Positions 13,269-27,780 are shown, counted from the first letter of the stretch. The stretch: 64,000 nucleotides of DNA from Octopus vulgaris (GCA_951406725.2 OX597838.1:6882001-6946000); one strand, 5' to 3'. Translations and numbers: made by a program. Notes: generated from the letters alone by a model not told the origin.

Positions 13269-13483
13269 CGACTGGCTCCTTTTAGTTCCTCTCTACCAAA
13301 ACCACTCACAAAGCTCTGGTCGGACACTATAACAAGGTGCCACGCAGTGGAATTGAACCCGGAATTATGTGGATGGGAAGCAATAAGTTGTGTAATGCAA
13401 GACAATACCACGCAGTAATCGGCGTAAGCTTAGATGATAAATTGCGATCGGTGAACCCCGATATGGCGAGGGATTACCGTAGA

Positions 13484-13543
<60 letters not shown>

Positions 13544-13972
13544 TGTGTGTGTGTGTGTGTGTGTATGTAGGAATGTATGTATGTATGTATATGTGCCCAT
13601 AAGGAGATACAAGCAGCTTTTCGACAAACGTTCTCATACAATTATATAAACACACAGACAGACATATATACATATATACGCATATGCACGCACACACATA
13701 CAAGCCCATATAAGCAGACACACGCACACTCTCTATACGCACACTAGCATGGAGGCACTCAGAAATGCAAACATATATAAAAAGAAACACACAACACTCG
13801 GACACACTTGTAAACCCGTATTGAACAGCATACAACGATTTACATTAGACACACATACATCGAATTATATACACTTTAAGTTATCCGTGGCCTGAACTCT
13901 TTACATGAACACCACCCTGTACTTAACTCCATGTCCCCCTACATGGCTTTGCTATTTGCTTTTGAGCCAAAT

Positions 13973-14003
<31 letters not shown>

Positions 14004-14743
14004 ATGCAGGAGCTAGGGTCTGTAGCTTAGATGTTAGTGTGTTCTTCTCCGACCTTTCGGTCTTGGTTTCAATTCCCACACCGGTTGATGCGATATTTTT
14101 TCAAGCATACCACTTCATTTCACGTTTCTCTCCTATGTCTTCAGCAGCCGACGTGTCGTAGGTAGACAATGCTTGTGATTAGGTAATGTCGATCTCAGAG
14201 AACGAGTGAGCCCATTTGATCATTATAAATACATTATGTGTCCAGGCTGTTCAGTAAGGAATTGCGACACCGGGTTTCACGGGCTCCAAAACCTAGAGGT
14301 ATCTGCGCTTTAGGCATGCGTGTGTATGCGTACGTCCATGTGTGCGTGACTTTGTGTCTGAGTTTCTGCACCGCCACCGATCGATACTCGGTGTTGGTGT
14401 GTTTCCGGCCACGTCAGCCGGAAACACACCAAAGTCTTAGAATAAGAGATTGATGGAGAAAGTAGCCGATTTCAAAATGTAAAAGTGCTGGGGACCGAAA
14501 TTCTTCACTTGACCTAAATTCTTCGAAGTGAATTAAACAAGGGAAAGATACGAACATATACAAGGGAAGGGGTATTGTGTTGGGGGACCATATGGTGTAT
14601 ATGCATACACACACACATCGAATCAAGTGAATTTTGCAGATAAACGAATCTAGAAGTGAACATATATATGGCTAAGGGAATACGCATACACTTGTGCACA
14701 GGAAGGACAAGTACGCATGTATATATCTATGGATATATCTATC

Positions 14744-14775
<32 letters not shown>

Positions 14776-14842
14776 CATATATACATATATGTATGTATAT
14801 GTATGCATGTATGTATGTAAGTATAGATAGATAGATAGATAC

Positions 14843-14911
<69 letters not shown>

Positions 14912-15343
14912 AGAGGTTTTGCTGAACAGTTCCTGTCTTTAAGGGTTTCGCGAAAGGTCAGGCTGGAGGCCCAATTCTTTTACAGGACTTAGAAAACCTT
15001 AATGAAGGCTGCAATAAGTGTTCAACCCTGAGAAGAGAATAGTTTGAGCAAAATTATAGTTTACTGATCCTTCAGTAATTTCTTTTATCCCAAAGCAGGA
15101 AAGTTTCACGAACTCCTAGTACAAGTGTGTATGTAAGGAAGGAGAGAAAAAGAGACATATAGAACGTGAGAACAAGAGAGATAGAAAGAGAGAGAGGGAA
15201 GGAGTGTGTGATTAAGAGAGATAGAAAGAAAGAAAAAGAGAGGCAGTTACCCATGCATGCCGTCTCTGTCAGCCTTACGTGATCACACGCATTCCGTTAA
15301 CCGTGAGCTTACAGACTACTATAAAGGTCTCTCCGTCTATACA

Positions 15344-15574
15344 TATTTCTTTACTACCCACAAGGGGCTAAACATAGAGGGGATAAACAAGGTCAGACAA
15401 ACGGATTAAGTCGATTACAGCGACCCCAGTGCGTAACTGGTACTTAATTTATCGACCCCGAAAGGATGAAAGGCAAAGTCGATCTCGGCGGAATTTGAAC
15501 TCAGAACGTAACGGCAGACGAAATACGGCTACGCATTTCGCCCGGTGTGCTATCGTGTCTGCCAGCTCGCCGCC
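15344..15574 (-). mobile_element. SINE family B monomer
   Basis: Reverse complement of the family B consensus, with TSD ctctccgtctata (15329-15341 / 15586-15598). Confidence 0.9.
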
Positions 15575-16035
15575 TTATATATACACTCTCCGTCTATATA
15601 TACACTCGTTGAGTCATTCAATCATTCATTTATTCATGTATGTATGTATGTATGTATGGATGGATGGATCGATGGATCGATGGATGGATGGATGGATTGA
15701 TGGATGGATTGATAGATGTTTAAGTATAGAGCTAGGGTCTCACGATTTCACGATTGTGAAGTCCTGAGGTCGATTCCCAGTGGCTTTGAGCAAGACACTT
15801 TATTTCTCGTGGCCGCAGTCCACTCGGCTGGTAACAATGAGTAGTACCTGTAATTCAAAGGGGGCAGCCTTTTCCCATTCTGCGTCACACTGAATCTCCT
15901 TGAAGAACTACGTTCAGTTTACGAGTGGCTGTGGAGTGCTCAACCACCTGCACCTTAATTTAATGTGCAGGTTCTTCTGCTGATGTATGCCTGTATGTAT
16001 ATGTGCGTGTGCGTGAGTGTATGCATGTGTGCATG

Positions 16036-16068
<33 letters not shown>

Positions 16069-16216
16069 TTGTGTTTTTTGTGAGTGTGTAGATCGAGTGA
16101 GTGAGCGAGAGTTTGATACACATCATAGACACACGCACAAACACAGACATAAATGTATACTATTTTTGTCTTACAAGATAAAGGCGGACGATAATGTCGA
16201 ATTCCCGTCAGAGCAA

Positions 16217-16250
16217 TCGTCTGATGACGGTTAATTATCCGAAACTTCTT
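16217..16250 (+). ncRNA. partial hammerhead-like core (probable PLE relic)
   Basis: CTGATGA-c-gg-ttaattat-cc-GAAA; helices III and I are not evident. Confidence 0.3.
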
Positions 16251-16554
16251 CCTTGTAAAAAAAAAATAACTACTTAATCCCTTGACGCTTATTGTATAAA
16301 TCTAGTATGGACAAGCTTTCTCAAGAAGCGGGCCGCATGAGACATGACTCAAAGTCAGGTGGACCACACTTCTAAGACAGTATTAAAGTTAATTTAATTT
16401 TTCTTGTGGTGGACGAAGTTTGGGCGCGACTGACATGAAAACTTACATAAAAGCAGTGTGTTTGTATGCAAGGTTTTGTGTATGTATATACATACATGCA
16501 TACACATATATACATGTGTAAATGTAAATACAGAGATGTGTGAAGATGCAGATC

Positions 16555-16925
16555 CAGTTCCACTGCGTGGCACCTTTGGTCTCTTCTACTATGACCTCCG
16601 GCCGACCAAAGCCGTGTGAGTGGACTTGCTAGATGGAAACTGGAAGAAGCTTGTCATATATATGTATGTGTGTGTGTGTTTGTATCTGTCTATGTATGTA
16701 TGTATGTGGATATTTGTGCGTGTGTGTGTGGATGTTTGTGTCTGTTCTCCACCCCGCTTTCGCTTGACAACCGATGCTCGTATGTTTACATCCCCGTAAC
16801 TTAACGATTTGGGAAAAGAGAATTACAAGGCTTGCAATGAAGAAGTCCTGGGCCCGATTTCTTCGACTAACACCTGTTAAGGCAGTGCTCCATCATGACC
16901 AACAGATTCCAACAAAAGAATAAAT
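16555..16925 (+). mobile_element. SINE family A, diverged
   Basis: cactgcgtggcacctttgg...cgcttgacaaccgatgc...ggcagtgctccatcatg. Confidence 0.8.
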
Positions 16926-17736
16926 GAAAAATATAGAGAGAGACAGACACACATACTCACACACACACACACACATACACATACACACATACCCTCACAC
17001 ACACACACAAATACTGTTACACGAATTATAAAGAGAGTGATCTTACGACGTGAGGCGACTACGTTTTAACCTGCTAGAAATAGCAGTAAATCACTCTCAC
17101 CGTTTACCTGTATATCATATAATAGAAATTATGTAATTGATAAATTCGTTCTGCCCGTATCGTGACATAATAACAATATACGGGAATGTCTCGCCTGGAA
17201 GCACTTCGATAGTAGCTTTGATCAACATCAATGCCTACCTCGGATTAAACCACAACGACGCCCAGTACATTTACACTCAGGTGCTAACGCTTATGAGATA
17301 TTCTAATCTGCGTCGTATACTACTAATCCGATAATACACATAGAGAGAGACGTAAGCGAAAGGCTGTTGATGAGTGTTTATATATTTGTAAACACACTTA
17401 CGAATAAATATATATGGACACTAATAACCAAGTGGACAATTATTTCAACATTTTGTATGTATACATAAGCATTTCCATACACACACACTCACACGCAAAC
17501 ACACACACACGTATATGTGTATACATATCTTCTATCTTTTCCTTGTTTCAGTCATTAGACTGCGGCCATGCTGAAGCACCATATTGATGAATTTTTCGTC
17601 AAACGAGTCGCCGCCACCAGCACTTAAATTTTGTTAACACGGGTACCTGTTCTATCTGCCGCATTTGCCGAACTGCTACTTTACGGGAACGTAAACACAC
17701 CAGCACTGGTTGTCGAGCGGTGATGCGAAAAAAACA

Positions 17737-17739
<3 letters not shown>

Positions 17740-17802
<63 letters not shown>

Positions 17803-17827
17803 CACCACACAGATATGTATGTGTATA

Positions 17828-17873
<46 letters not shown>

Positions 17874-17913
17874 CATATATATATACATTTATATACACAT
17901 ATATATATATATA

Positions 17914-18007
<94 letters not shown>

Positions 18008-18041
18008 TATATATATGTATATATATATATATGTATATGCA

Positions 18042-18072
<31 letters not shown>

Positions 18073-18092
18073 GCATATATATATGTATATGC

Positions 18093-18123
<31 letters not shown>

Positions 18124-18173
18124 TATGCATATATATATATGTTTGTTTTGCAAAATAGTGGTTTTGTCTCTAA

Positions 18174-18225
<52 letters not shown>
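17740..18225. repeat. large compound (CA)n/(TA)n microsatellite, preceded by a reverse SINE A 3' half (17535-17740)
   Basis: Direct reading of the sequence. Confidence 0.95.
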
Positions 18226-18230
<5 letters not shown>

Positions 18231-18244
18231 AATTATGTGTGTAT

Positions 18245-18350
18245 ACGGGCATCCAGCAACAGGACCTCCGTAATGCCATGATGGACCGTGAAGTCTGGCG
18301 TAGCATGGTAAATTCCATTGTCTCGACCACGGTCGAACAATGATGAAGAT
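18245..18350 (+). mobile_element. extreme 3' end of an RTE-clade LINE
   Basis: Translates [32 protein letters not shown]. The A..DR..WR motif is typical of RTE C-termini and is followed by a tga-repeat tail. Confidence 0.7.
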
Positions 18351-18820
18351 GTATACACACTTCTATTTTACTAGGGAAAACGTATGTACGTGACAAAGGA
18401 AGCGACGTGGGTGTGTGGTGGATGTATCGTTATGTTTGTGTGTGCTTTCTGAGGCATGCATGTAATTTCCGCGCGGAAATGAATCTATGGATGAGTCCAT
18501 GCTGGAGCAATATGGAGCCTTTCTATTTCTCTGTCAGTTCTTCCTCGCTCTCTGTTTCATCCTTTCTCTCTCTCTCTCTTTCTCGTTCTCATGCCTCTCT
18601 CTCACCCGCTATCTGTCTTTCCTTTCCTCTCTCTGTCTCTCATCCGCTCTGTTTCCCCTTCTTTCTCTCTCTCTCTCTCTCTCCAACTTCTCTCTCTCTC
18701 CAACTTCTCTCTCTCTCTCAGTGTAGCTTTAACTTACAGACGAACATAACTCGCTGAGTGACACGCGATTAGACGCGAACACACAAACACAAATTGAAAT
18801 GACTAAATTTTGAATACGCG

Positions 18821-18975
18821 CAGGAGTGGTTGTGTGGTACATAGCTTGCTTCCGAACTACATGGTTCCGGGTTCAGTCCCACTGCGTGGCACCTTGGACA
18901 AGTGTCTTCTATAGCCTCGGGCCGACCAAAGCCATCTGAGTGGATTTGGTAGAAGGAAACAGAAGGAAACGCGTC

Positions 18976-19027
<52 letters not shown>

Positions 19028-19220
19028 ATATAATGTGTGTTTGTGTGTATTTGTCTCCCCAACATCGATGATGTTGGTGTGCTTACGTCCTCGTAATCCA
19101 GCGGTCCGGCAAATGAGACCAATAGAATAAGAACTAGGCTTACAAAGAATAAATCTTGGGGTCGATTGGCACGACCGAAAGCGGTGCTCCAGCATGGCCG
19201 CAGTCAAATGTAAAAGAATA
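18821..19220 (+). mobile_element. full-length SINE family A
   Basis: Colinear with 2093-2525. Confidence 0.9.
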
Positions 19221-19398
19221 CGTACGTAGCAAATTTATTTTAAATGAATATTTTAAGCGGATACAGAAAGGAAAGGGTCAGTTTTAGATACGTAAAGACC
19301 AGTGGTTCCCAAGTAATTCATAGTGGTTACCCACAATGTTTCCCAAACCTTTTATTTCAATGAATCTACACCACGGACCCATTTTAATATGCTTAACC

Positions 19399-19450
<52 letters not shown>

Positions 19451-19640
19451 GTTTACTCTTTTATTCCTTTACTTGTTTCAGCTATTTGACTACGGCCATA
19501 CTGGAGCACAGTCTTGTAGTCAAGCAAATGGACCCCAGAACGTATTCTTTTGTAAGCCTAGTACTTATTGTATCGTTCTCTTTTGAGGGACGAAAATACA
19601 CCAACATCGGTTCTCAAGCGATGATGGAGGAACACATACA

Positions 19641-19724
<84 letters not shown>

Positions 19725-19870
19725 TGGATTAAGCACACACATGTGAAATAAGTTGGAAAAAGGAGTACTCAAATACTAGAGGTAGAGTAATATGCTTTAT
19801 TTAAAAGCAGCAGAAATATAACAAAAGTTGTTACTCAGAATTTCACGATCCCGTTCGTCGGACAGTTTTA
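19725..19870 (-). mobile_element. solo PLE-terminus fragment with minimal hammerhead motif (about 19829-19865), inserted in (TA)n
   Basis: Homologous to 30335-30479. Minus strand reads ctgt-CCGACGA-acg-ggat-cgt-GAAA-ttctgag-TA-acaa. Confidence 0.7.
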
Positions 19871-20905
19871 TATATATTTATATATTTATATATATATATA
19901 TACATACGGTGGGTTTCTTTCAGTGTCCGTACACCATCTCTACACATAACACTTCTGGACGACCCAGGGTTATTGCTAAAGGAACCATGAAGTTGAAAAG
20001 CAAAGCTTCTTATCATATAGCCACGCCTGCACCTACTCAATTCTTTTAATTTAGTTACGATTCACAAAATATACCTTCCCTCTTGTCGTTCTAAATGTAT
20101 ACAGTCATATTAAGTATATGCTTCACTGAGGAGGTAAAAATACACCGAAACCTACCAGCAGTAGTCACAAGTAAAAGAGAACTAAAGATCAAAGTTATAT
20201 GTTTAAAATGTGCGTTACAAATATATAAACACACATGCATATACGATGTGCTTCTTTCATTTTCGTTTATGACTACTCTCGCCTCTCTGGTCGGCACGAG
20301 GCTATTCTAGAAGGCACTTGGCTTATATGCCAGTCTTGAACACAGTACCATGTTCTTCAGAAGCAAACTTCTTACCAGGCACCCATCTCTACAGGAGTCA
20401 GCATTACGTAAAATTCAACCAAATGTTTTACTCTTTGTAAGAATGAGTTTCTAGAATTTCCCAATGTTTTAAGATTTCTTCATACTTTCTTAAAGGAACC
20501 GTGTGAACAGGAAAGATTGATAATAGATGGCGTCGAAACTACGCCATTTTCTTCCTCCCTCTCTTTCTCATTCTCTTCCTCTCTCTCTACACTCCCTCTC
20601 CCGCGCTCTCTCTCCCCGTCTGTTTTTCTCGCTTTCTATATCTATGTTTTCTGATCCCCACACAAGAACACAGTATATATACACACAAATATGCATACAT
20701 ACATGCACACACACACACAAGCACTGACACACTAACATAAACACAGATGCACACATATGTGTCTGTACATATTTATGTATATATGTACGTATGTATATAT
20801 ATATATGGCGTTGATACCGATGTCTTATACTGATAAGGATTCCATACACGAAAAACTGCAGACATCGCTTTAAGAATTTCTCACAGTAGTTCTCCTCATT
20901 CGTAT

Positions 20906-20907
<2 letters not shown>

Positions 20908-20987
<80 letters not shown>

Positions 20988-21020
20988 TGATGATGATTAT
21001 TATTATTACTATTATTATTC
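20908..21020. repeat. (TAA)n/(TGA)n/(TTA)n microsatellite
   Basis: Direct reading of the sequence. Confidence 0.95.
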
Positions 21021-21312
21021 TAATCATGGTAAAATTTGTGTACTAAAAATAAATTTTATTCTACTACTACTACTAGTAGTAGTAGTAGCAATGTATGACT
21101 TCTTTTTAACGGCATTGCATCTTCAATGCATTTTTCTTCTCTGTTCACTCTTCCTATCGATATCAGTAGTGATTTATATCTGTCTGGAGATCGATATTAT
21201 AAAGTACCAGCTATCTACTTCCATCACTGTTTTTTCTTCACCCAGATATTTTGCACCTAGTGCTAATCTTGGAATCTGTCTATATTCAACGTATGGTGAG
21301 GCTTAATATTTA

Positions 21313-21371
<59 letters not shown>

Positions 21372-22233
21372 TTGTGAGAGTATGTGTGTGCTTGTATGTA
21401 TGTATATGTGTGCATATATATGCATATATATATATACAAGTACATATATGTATATATGTACGTATGTATATATGTATGTATACATATATATAGAGATAGA
21501 TAAATAGATAGATAGTTATACGCATACGTGTACATATATACATGTATATACATCTAAATTTATATATCTGTATGTGTGCGTATGTGTGTGTATATGCGAG
21601 TGCATATATATGTATATGCATACATATGATCAGCTACTTTTAGTTAAGTTTCGGCCAGAAGTGGAGTAGACGAAAACATCGGACGTTCATAAAAATGGTA
21701 AACAGAAAGGCCATACAGCATATGCACGGTGGAAAAGTTCAGATATCATGGAAAACCTGATTAAATAGATTAGAGCAAGTCCTAAATATATTTCTTATAT
21801 GAAAATGATTGGGAAGAGTTATTTTTTCGGGTAAGGGGACGAACCCGAACCTTAAAATATCTATATACATTAATGTAAAAAAAAAACAATGATGTATAAA
21901 GATACAATATTTATATTTTTGTATATACATATGAATAAAGAGATGGGTTTGTGTGTAAAAATTCGAACAATACTCTTTGAATATTTTCATTCGATCAAAA
22001 CTGTTTAAATACTTAATATCAGGCAAATTACATCGTCAAAATTAAATAGGAAGAATTATATTTGCAAAGACCCAACTTCATCATCATCATCATCATCACC
22101 ATCATCATCATCGTCAGCTTTTCAAATAAGTAATGTGGATCTTAAAATAAGACCAGCAGTTCACTGAAGCATCATGTACAATGAAGATTCGTGTAGATGT
22201 TTCCGCCAAGGATGGACCATTTTATGGACATAA

Positions 22234-22863
22234 GGCTGCGAGCTGGCAGAACCGTTAGCACGCCGGGCGAAATGCTTTTGCGGTATTTCGTCTGCCGTTA
22301 CGTTCTGAGCTCAAATTCCGCTCAGGTGGACTTTGCCTTTCATCCTTTCGGGGTCGATTAAATGAGTACCAGTTACGCACTGGGGTCGATATAATCGACT
22401 TAATCCATTTGTCTGTCCTTGTTGTCCTCTCTGTGTTTAGCCCCTTGTGGGTAGTAAAGAAATGGGTATTTCGTCTGCTGCTACGTTCTGAGTTCAAATA
22501 TCACCGACGTCTACTTTGCCTTTCATCATTTCGGGATCGATTAAATGAGTACCAGTTACGCACTGGGGTCGATATAATCGACTTAGCCCATTTGTCTGTC
22601 CTTGTTTGTCCTTTCTGTGTTTAGCCCCTTGTGGGTAGTAATGAAATAGGTATTTCGTCTGCTGCTACGTTCTGAGTTCAAATATCACCGACGTCGACTT
22701 TGCCTTTTATCCTTTCGGGGTCTATTACATAAGTACCAGTTACGCACTGGGATCGATTAAATAAGTAACAGTTACGCACTGGAGTCGATATAGTCTACTT
22801 AATCCTTTTGTCTGTCCTTATTTGTCCCGTCTGTGTGTAGCCCCTTGTGGGCAGTAAAAAATA
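22234..22863 (+). mobile_element. SINE family B trimer
   Basis: Units start at 22234, 22465 and 22649. The whole array is flanked by an exact 16-bp direct repeat gatggaccattttatg (22211-22226 / 22866-22881). Confidence 0.9.
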
Positions 22864-23269
22864 AAGATGGACCATTTTATGCTAAAAGTGGTCGGAATAA
22901 ATTCTCTTAATGCCCAATATACATGGATATTGTTGTCGTGAATCATTAACCCAGGTTCATCAATTAATGAGTATTACGATAAAATCTGCGCTTTAAATCA
23001 ATTCCCAGTTATTCTGATCTATGTGTTAGTGAAGCTATTAAGGGAGTTTTTGTTTAGAACAACATAATTACATGCAGGAGATGAGATGTTTTATGGACAT
23101 TGCAAAGCCTTTTACGACGGAAATAATTAAGTTTGGGAAATATCTTCAACAGGGATAGCTAATATTAATTAGGTTGCCATTGAAAGACTTAAACTTTTTT
23201 TAGGTGTTTTTTTTTCTAAAGGAAATGAACAGACATTTACTTTAATACGTTTTGCAGTATATATTCTTA

Positions 23270-23680
23270 GGGTTGTCGATGTGTGGAATAAAGTTTGCAT
23301 GTCAACCACCTTCTACCTTGCTCAGTTCCACTAAGCTGCATCAGCGAGAAGTGTCTTTTAGCATACACCCTGGCCGAGCAAAGCCTTGTCGGTGGATTTA
23401 CTACGCGGAAACTGAAAGAAGCCCAGCGTAATATGTGTGTGCATGTGTGTGTGCACATGCATTTTGTCTTTGAGTTTCTCCTCCACCACCGCTTGATAAC
23501 CTGTGATTTTTTTTACTTCCCTGATACTTAGCGGTTTGGCATAAAGAGAGTGACATAACGAGTACATGGTTTTGAAAACTATAGGCACTAATATCGATTC
23601 ATTTCGACTAAGACCCATCAAGGTGATGCCCCACCATAGCCGCAGTCTACGACGGAAACAAGTAGAACATTAAAGATGTT
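23270..23680 (+). mobile_element. old SINE family A copy, followed by degenerate reverse family B copies to about 24300
   Basis: aaagccttgtcggtggattt...gaaactgaaagaagccc...cttagcggtttggca. Confidence 0.7.
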
Positions 23681-25023
23681 AAAAGGATTAAACTATGAAT
23701 TTCGTTTTACCGCAAACTATTCCCTCTATTTAGCTTTGAAACACTAGAAAAGACGGTGCATTGTTAGTTGAATACATCAATACCACCACACCCCAGTGCT
23801 CAAGATGTACTTGTTTCATCCACTTTGAGAGGCATAATCGATATCGAAGGCTTTTGAACTCAGAAACAAGTGTACAGACGAAATGCCGTTAAGCATTTTG
23901 GTACAGAACAAGCAGTCTGGGTGTGAAGGAGGTCTGTCGATTACATCGAGACGAGGAATGTCCTCGTATCAGTCCAGTTATCAATCCCGAAATGATAAAA
24001 GGCAAAATCGATTTCGAAGGAATTTCATCTCAGCACGTAAAAACGTCCGTTATGCTTATGATCCTGTCATCTCGCCGCCCTCGCCCCCCTCAATATAATA
24101 ATGGTTTCAGATTTCGCCACAAGGGTAGTAATTTTCGAGGAGGCACTGAGTCGATTCCATCAATCCCAGTGTATCACTGGTACTCATTTTCTGAACCCCG
24201 AAATTATAAATGGCAAACTCGATATTGAAGGGATTTCATTTCAGAAAGTTGTGCTTATTATCGTGCCAGCGTGCCTCCCTCGCCGACCTTGCCGCCTCAA
24301 ACGATTCCTTATGATAGGCTTTACTACGAAGGGCCTCATTATAATAATGAGAGGCAGTAATATACGGTATCTTATCTGAAGAAGATACAGATGTGCGCTG
24401 ATTAATATTAGAGATTAAATTTCTCAAGATATTCGAAACGTGATTGAAATTTCTATTAAAAAAACCTAGAATGTTGAATACGATTTCCGGTAGGACGAAA
24501 CACATTAATATCAGACTTTACCATTAAGTTTGAAAAAATGGAATTTAGGACAGTCATGCACCGCGTTACGGAAGCGTTGTGTTTTCATCAACCGTGCTAT
24601 ATGTTGGTGCTCCGTGAGGCGAAACCTATTTTCTTGTTACGTGGAAGTGAATGAGACTTATATATTACGGAATTCCACGTTACGAAGAAGTTTTGATTCT
24701 GCAATGTTTCTGGACATCAGAGAAATACCTTTATATTTTGAAATGTGAATGTAACGATAAAAAGATTTCGTAATTGGCACACGCACGCTCAAAACACACA
24801 CACACACACACACACAGAGGCAAACACAGAAACACACACACACACACACAGACACACACACGCACACAGACACAATAAGACACACACATACGTACACGTA
24901 TACACACACGCGCGCGAAAACATACACATACAAACATGTACGCATGCGCACACACACACACACTCGCAACTACATGCACACATTCACATACGAACACCTA
25001 CAAGCACACACACACACACACAT

Positions 25024-25102
<79 letters not shown>

Positions 25103-25177
25103 TATGGATGCACCACACATGCTCTTGACTCCATTTTCTTGACACGTCCGTATCCTGTAAGGACGAAATTAGTCGTG

Positions 25178-25363
25178 CATCATCACCTCCATCATCATTA
25201 TCATCATTATCATCATCATCATAATCATCATCCTCATCATCATCATCATCGTATTCATCATCACCACCACATCATCCCCATCGCCATCATCAACACCACA
25301 TCACCGCTATCGCCATCATCATCATCATCATCATCGCCATCATCTTCATCGTCACCACCACAC

Positions 25364-25414
<51 letters not shown>

Positions 25415-25464
25415 AAAACTGACAGTAGTCGCAGCAGCAGCAGGAACAGCTGCAGTAGTAGTAC

Positions 25465-25521
<57 letters not shown>

Positions 25522-25560
25522 CAGCAGCAGCAGCAGCAGTAGTAGTGGTGGTGGGGGAGG
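25178..25560. repeat. compound (CAT)n then (AGT)n/(AGC)n trinucleotide block
   Basis: Direct reading; source of the poly-His/poly-Ser pseudo-ORF. Confidence 0.95.
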
Positions 25561-25648
25561 TGTGGTGATGGCAGCAGCATCCAGGCAGTCATTCACCGTC
25601 AAGTGGAATGTGTTATTCATATATATTTTTTTGTTTCTTTTCCCACAG

Positions 25649-25743
25649 AGTTCATCATTTGCAAGTGGAGGGTCAAGAGGAGGCGGGCAAGGGATGTGTG
25701 TTTTAAAGGGGTGTCAACATGGCTATAACTGGGTTAGGTGAAG
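25649..25743 (+). other. candidate 95-nt host-gene exon containing a possible start codon (ATG at 25719; MAITGLGE, phase-1 donor)
   Basis: Strong acceptor ttttttgtttcttttcccacag|AG, strong donor GAAG|gtaagg, Kozak-like caacATGG, in-frame TAA 15 nt upstream, and a non-repetitive G-rich island. Confidence 0.4.
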
Positions 25744-25891
25744 GTAAGGATAGGCAAGGGAGTATGAGGGAGAGAGAGATGGGGAAGAGAAAAAGGGAAA
25801 GATAGAAAGGAAGGGAGAGTGAGAGGAATAGAGAGGGTGAGAATTGAAAAGGTAGATTTATACATGTATATACATACATATACATAAATAC

Positions 25892-25964
<73 letters not shown>

Positions 25965-26887
25965 CACACATAAATATATATACATATATGTACATACGCA
26001 CATATATATATACAAATACACACACACACACACACAGACATATATATATCTCCATATATATATATGTATATATATATATACTTGTATGAATATTGCATAT
26101 ATGTTTGTGTATACGTATACCCTCAGTTCAACCGGGTCTCTCTTTCTGTAAACATATACATACATTCATTGATATTATATATATATATATATATATATAC
26201 ATACATATATGGCAGAGAGAGAGAGAGAGAGAGGGGCAAAGGCGAGAGATCATGCAAGCAGGCATTGCGCTTACGTAATAAAAACACAACCGAAAGATAT
26301 AAGGAAAAGAGGAAGATAGGTAAACAGTCTTAAAGAAACATAGCCTCAATTGTGTGTGAGGAACGTACGAAAGGGTGAGAGAAGTAACGAGAGGCTTTAC
26401 CTCGCTACGAAGAAATCTATGAATTTAGTTCACTGCCATCATTGCTGTTATCTGGAATCCACGCAAATTTGCCACGGTTACATGGAACTGACCTATAAAA
26501 CGCCCATGTACACAATAAACACACGCGACCGAAAGTAGCTACTCACATTTACATAACTATCTATCTATCTGCCTCTCTCTCTCTCTCTCTCTCTCTCTCA
26601 TTCTTTATATATATACATATATACATATCATCATCATCATCATCATCGTCATCGCCATCACCATCATCATCATCATCATCATCATCATCACCATCATCAT
26701 CATCGTCAGCATCATCGTCATCATCATCACCATCATCATCATCGCCATCATCATCGTCACCATCATTCATCATCTTAATCATCATTGTCATCGCAGTCAA
26801 CTTCGTACTCATCCTCATCATCATTAAACCTGACAGTAGCAGCAGCAACAGCAACAGTCGTAGTTATATTATTATTATTATTATTAT

Positions 26888-26940
<53 letters not shown>

Positions 26941-26949
26941 TATATACAT

Positions 26950-26988
<39 letters not shown>

Positions 26989-26991
26989 CAT

Positions 26992-27034
<43 letters not shown>

Positions 27035-27241
27035 AATATATATATCTTCATACACACAATTAACTAGTGAGAAATGGGATTTCAGTCACCAGGTCGCAAA
27101 TGTGTCAAGAATATCTTTGCTATGCAATCGGATATCCGCTAATTACATATAAAGATAAAATGTTTTAGGGTAAAGAAGAACATTTAGCTATTTTTGTCTT
27201 TTTGATATTTGAAATAACTCTTATACCCATAAAGGTCTCTT

Positions 27242-27288
<47 letters not shown>

Positions 27289-27427
27289 TCCTGTCACTCT
27301 CTCCCTCTATATGTTAGTCCTTTATATATGTATACTTCTGTGCATGTTTGCAGGTAGTACTCTGTAATTGTCAAGCAATTTGATGTATAAATTGTACTAT
27401 AGAAGTATGTGTATAGAAAAAATACAC

Positions 27428-27484
<57 letters not shown>

Positions 27485-27486
27485 AA

Positions 27487-27780
27487 TATAAGAATATTTT
27501 GCGTAATGAGATGAAAAAACAAGGCTGTGTAGATATTAGAACATTTAAAGAGAGATAGATATATATATATATATCTATAAATGTTCTAATATCTACACAG
27601 CCTTGTTTTTTTATGTCATTACGTAAAAATTTCTTATATACACACGCTGACATATGACCAACTTTGAACCCCTTATTCGCAAAATTACCGAATCTTGAAC
27701 TTAACTATGGTCTGTCTATAGCGCTTATTCGGCATCACCTGGGTCTCAATGACACCATTACATCTTAAAACCTCTATTTA
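27487..27780. mobile_element. asymmetric fold-back insert in (TA)n (probable PLE terminus)
   Basis: ~60-bp inverted arms at 27487-27547 and 27577-27638 (aacaaggctgtgtagatattagaacattta / taaatgttctaatatctacacagccttgtt), then a one-sided ~140-bp tail. Confidence 0.6.

Noticed and set aside
25139-25741. 200-aa His/Ser-rich ORF as a transcription-factor-like exon
   Set aside because: It is composed of CAT/AGT repeats like several other non-coding blocks, and it reads through a clear polypyrimidine acceptor.
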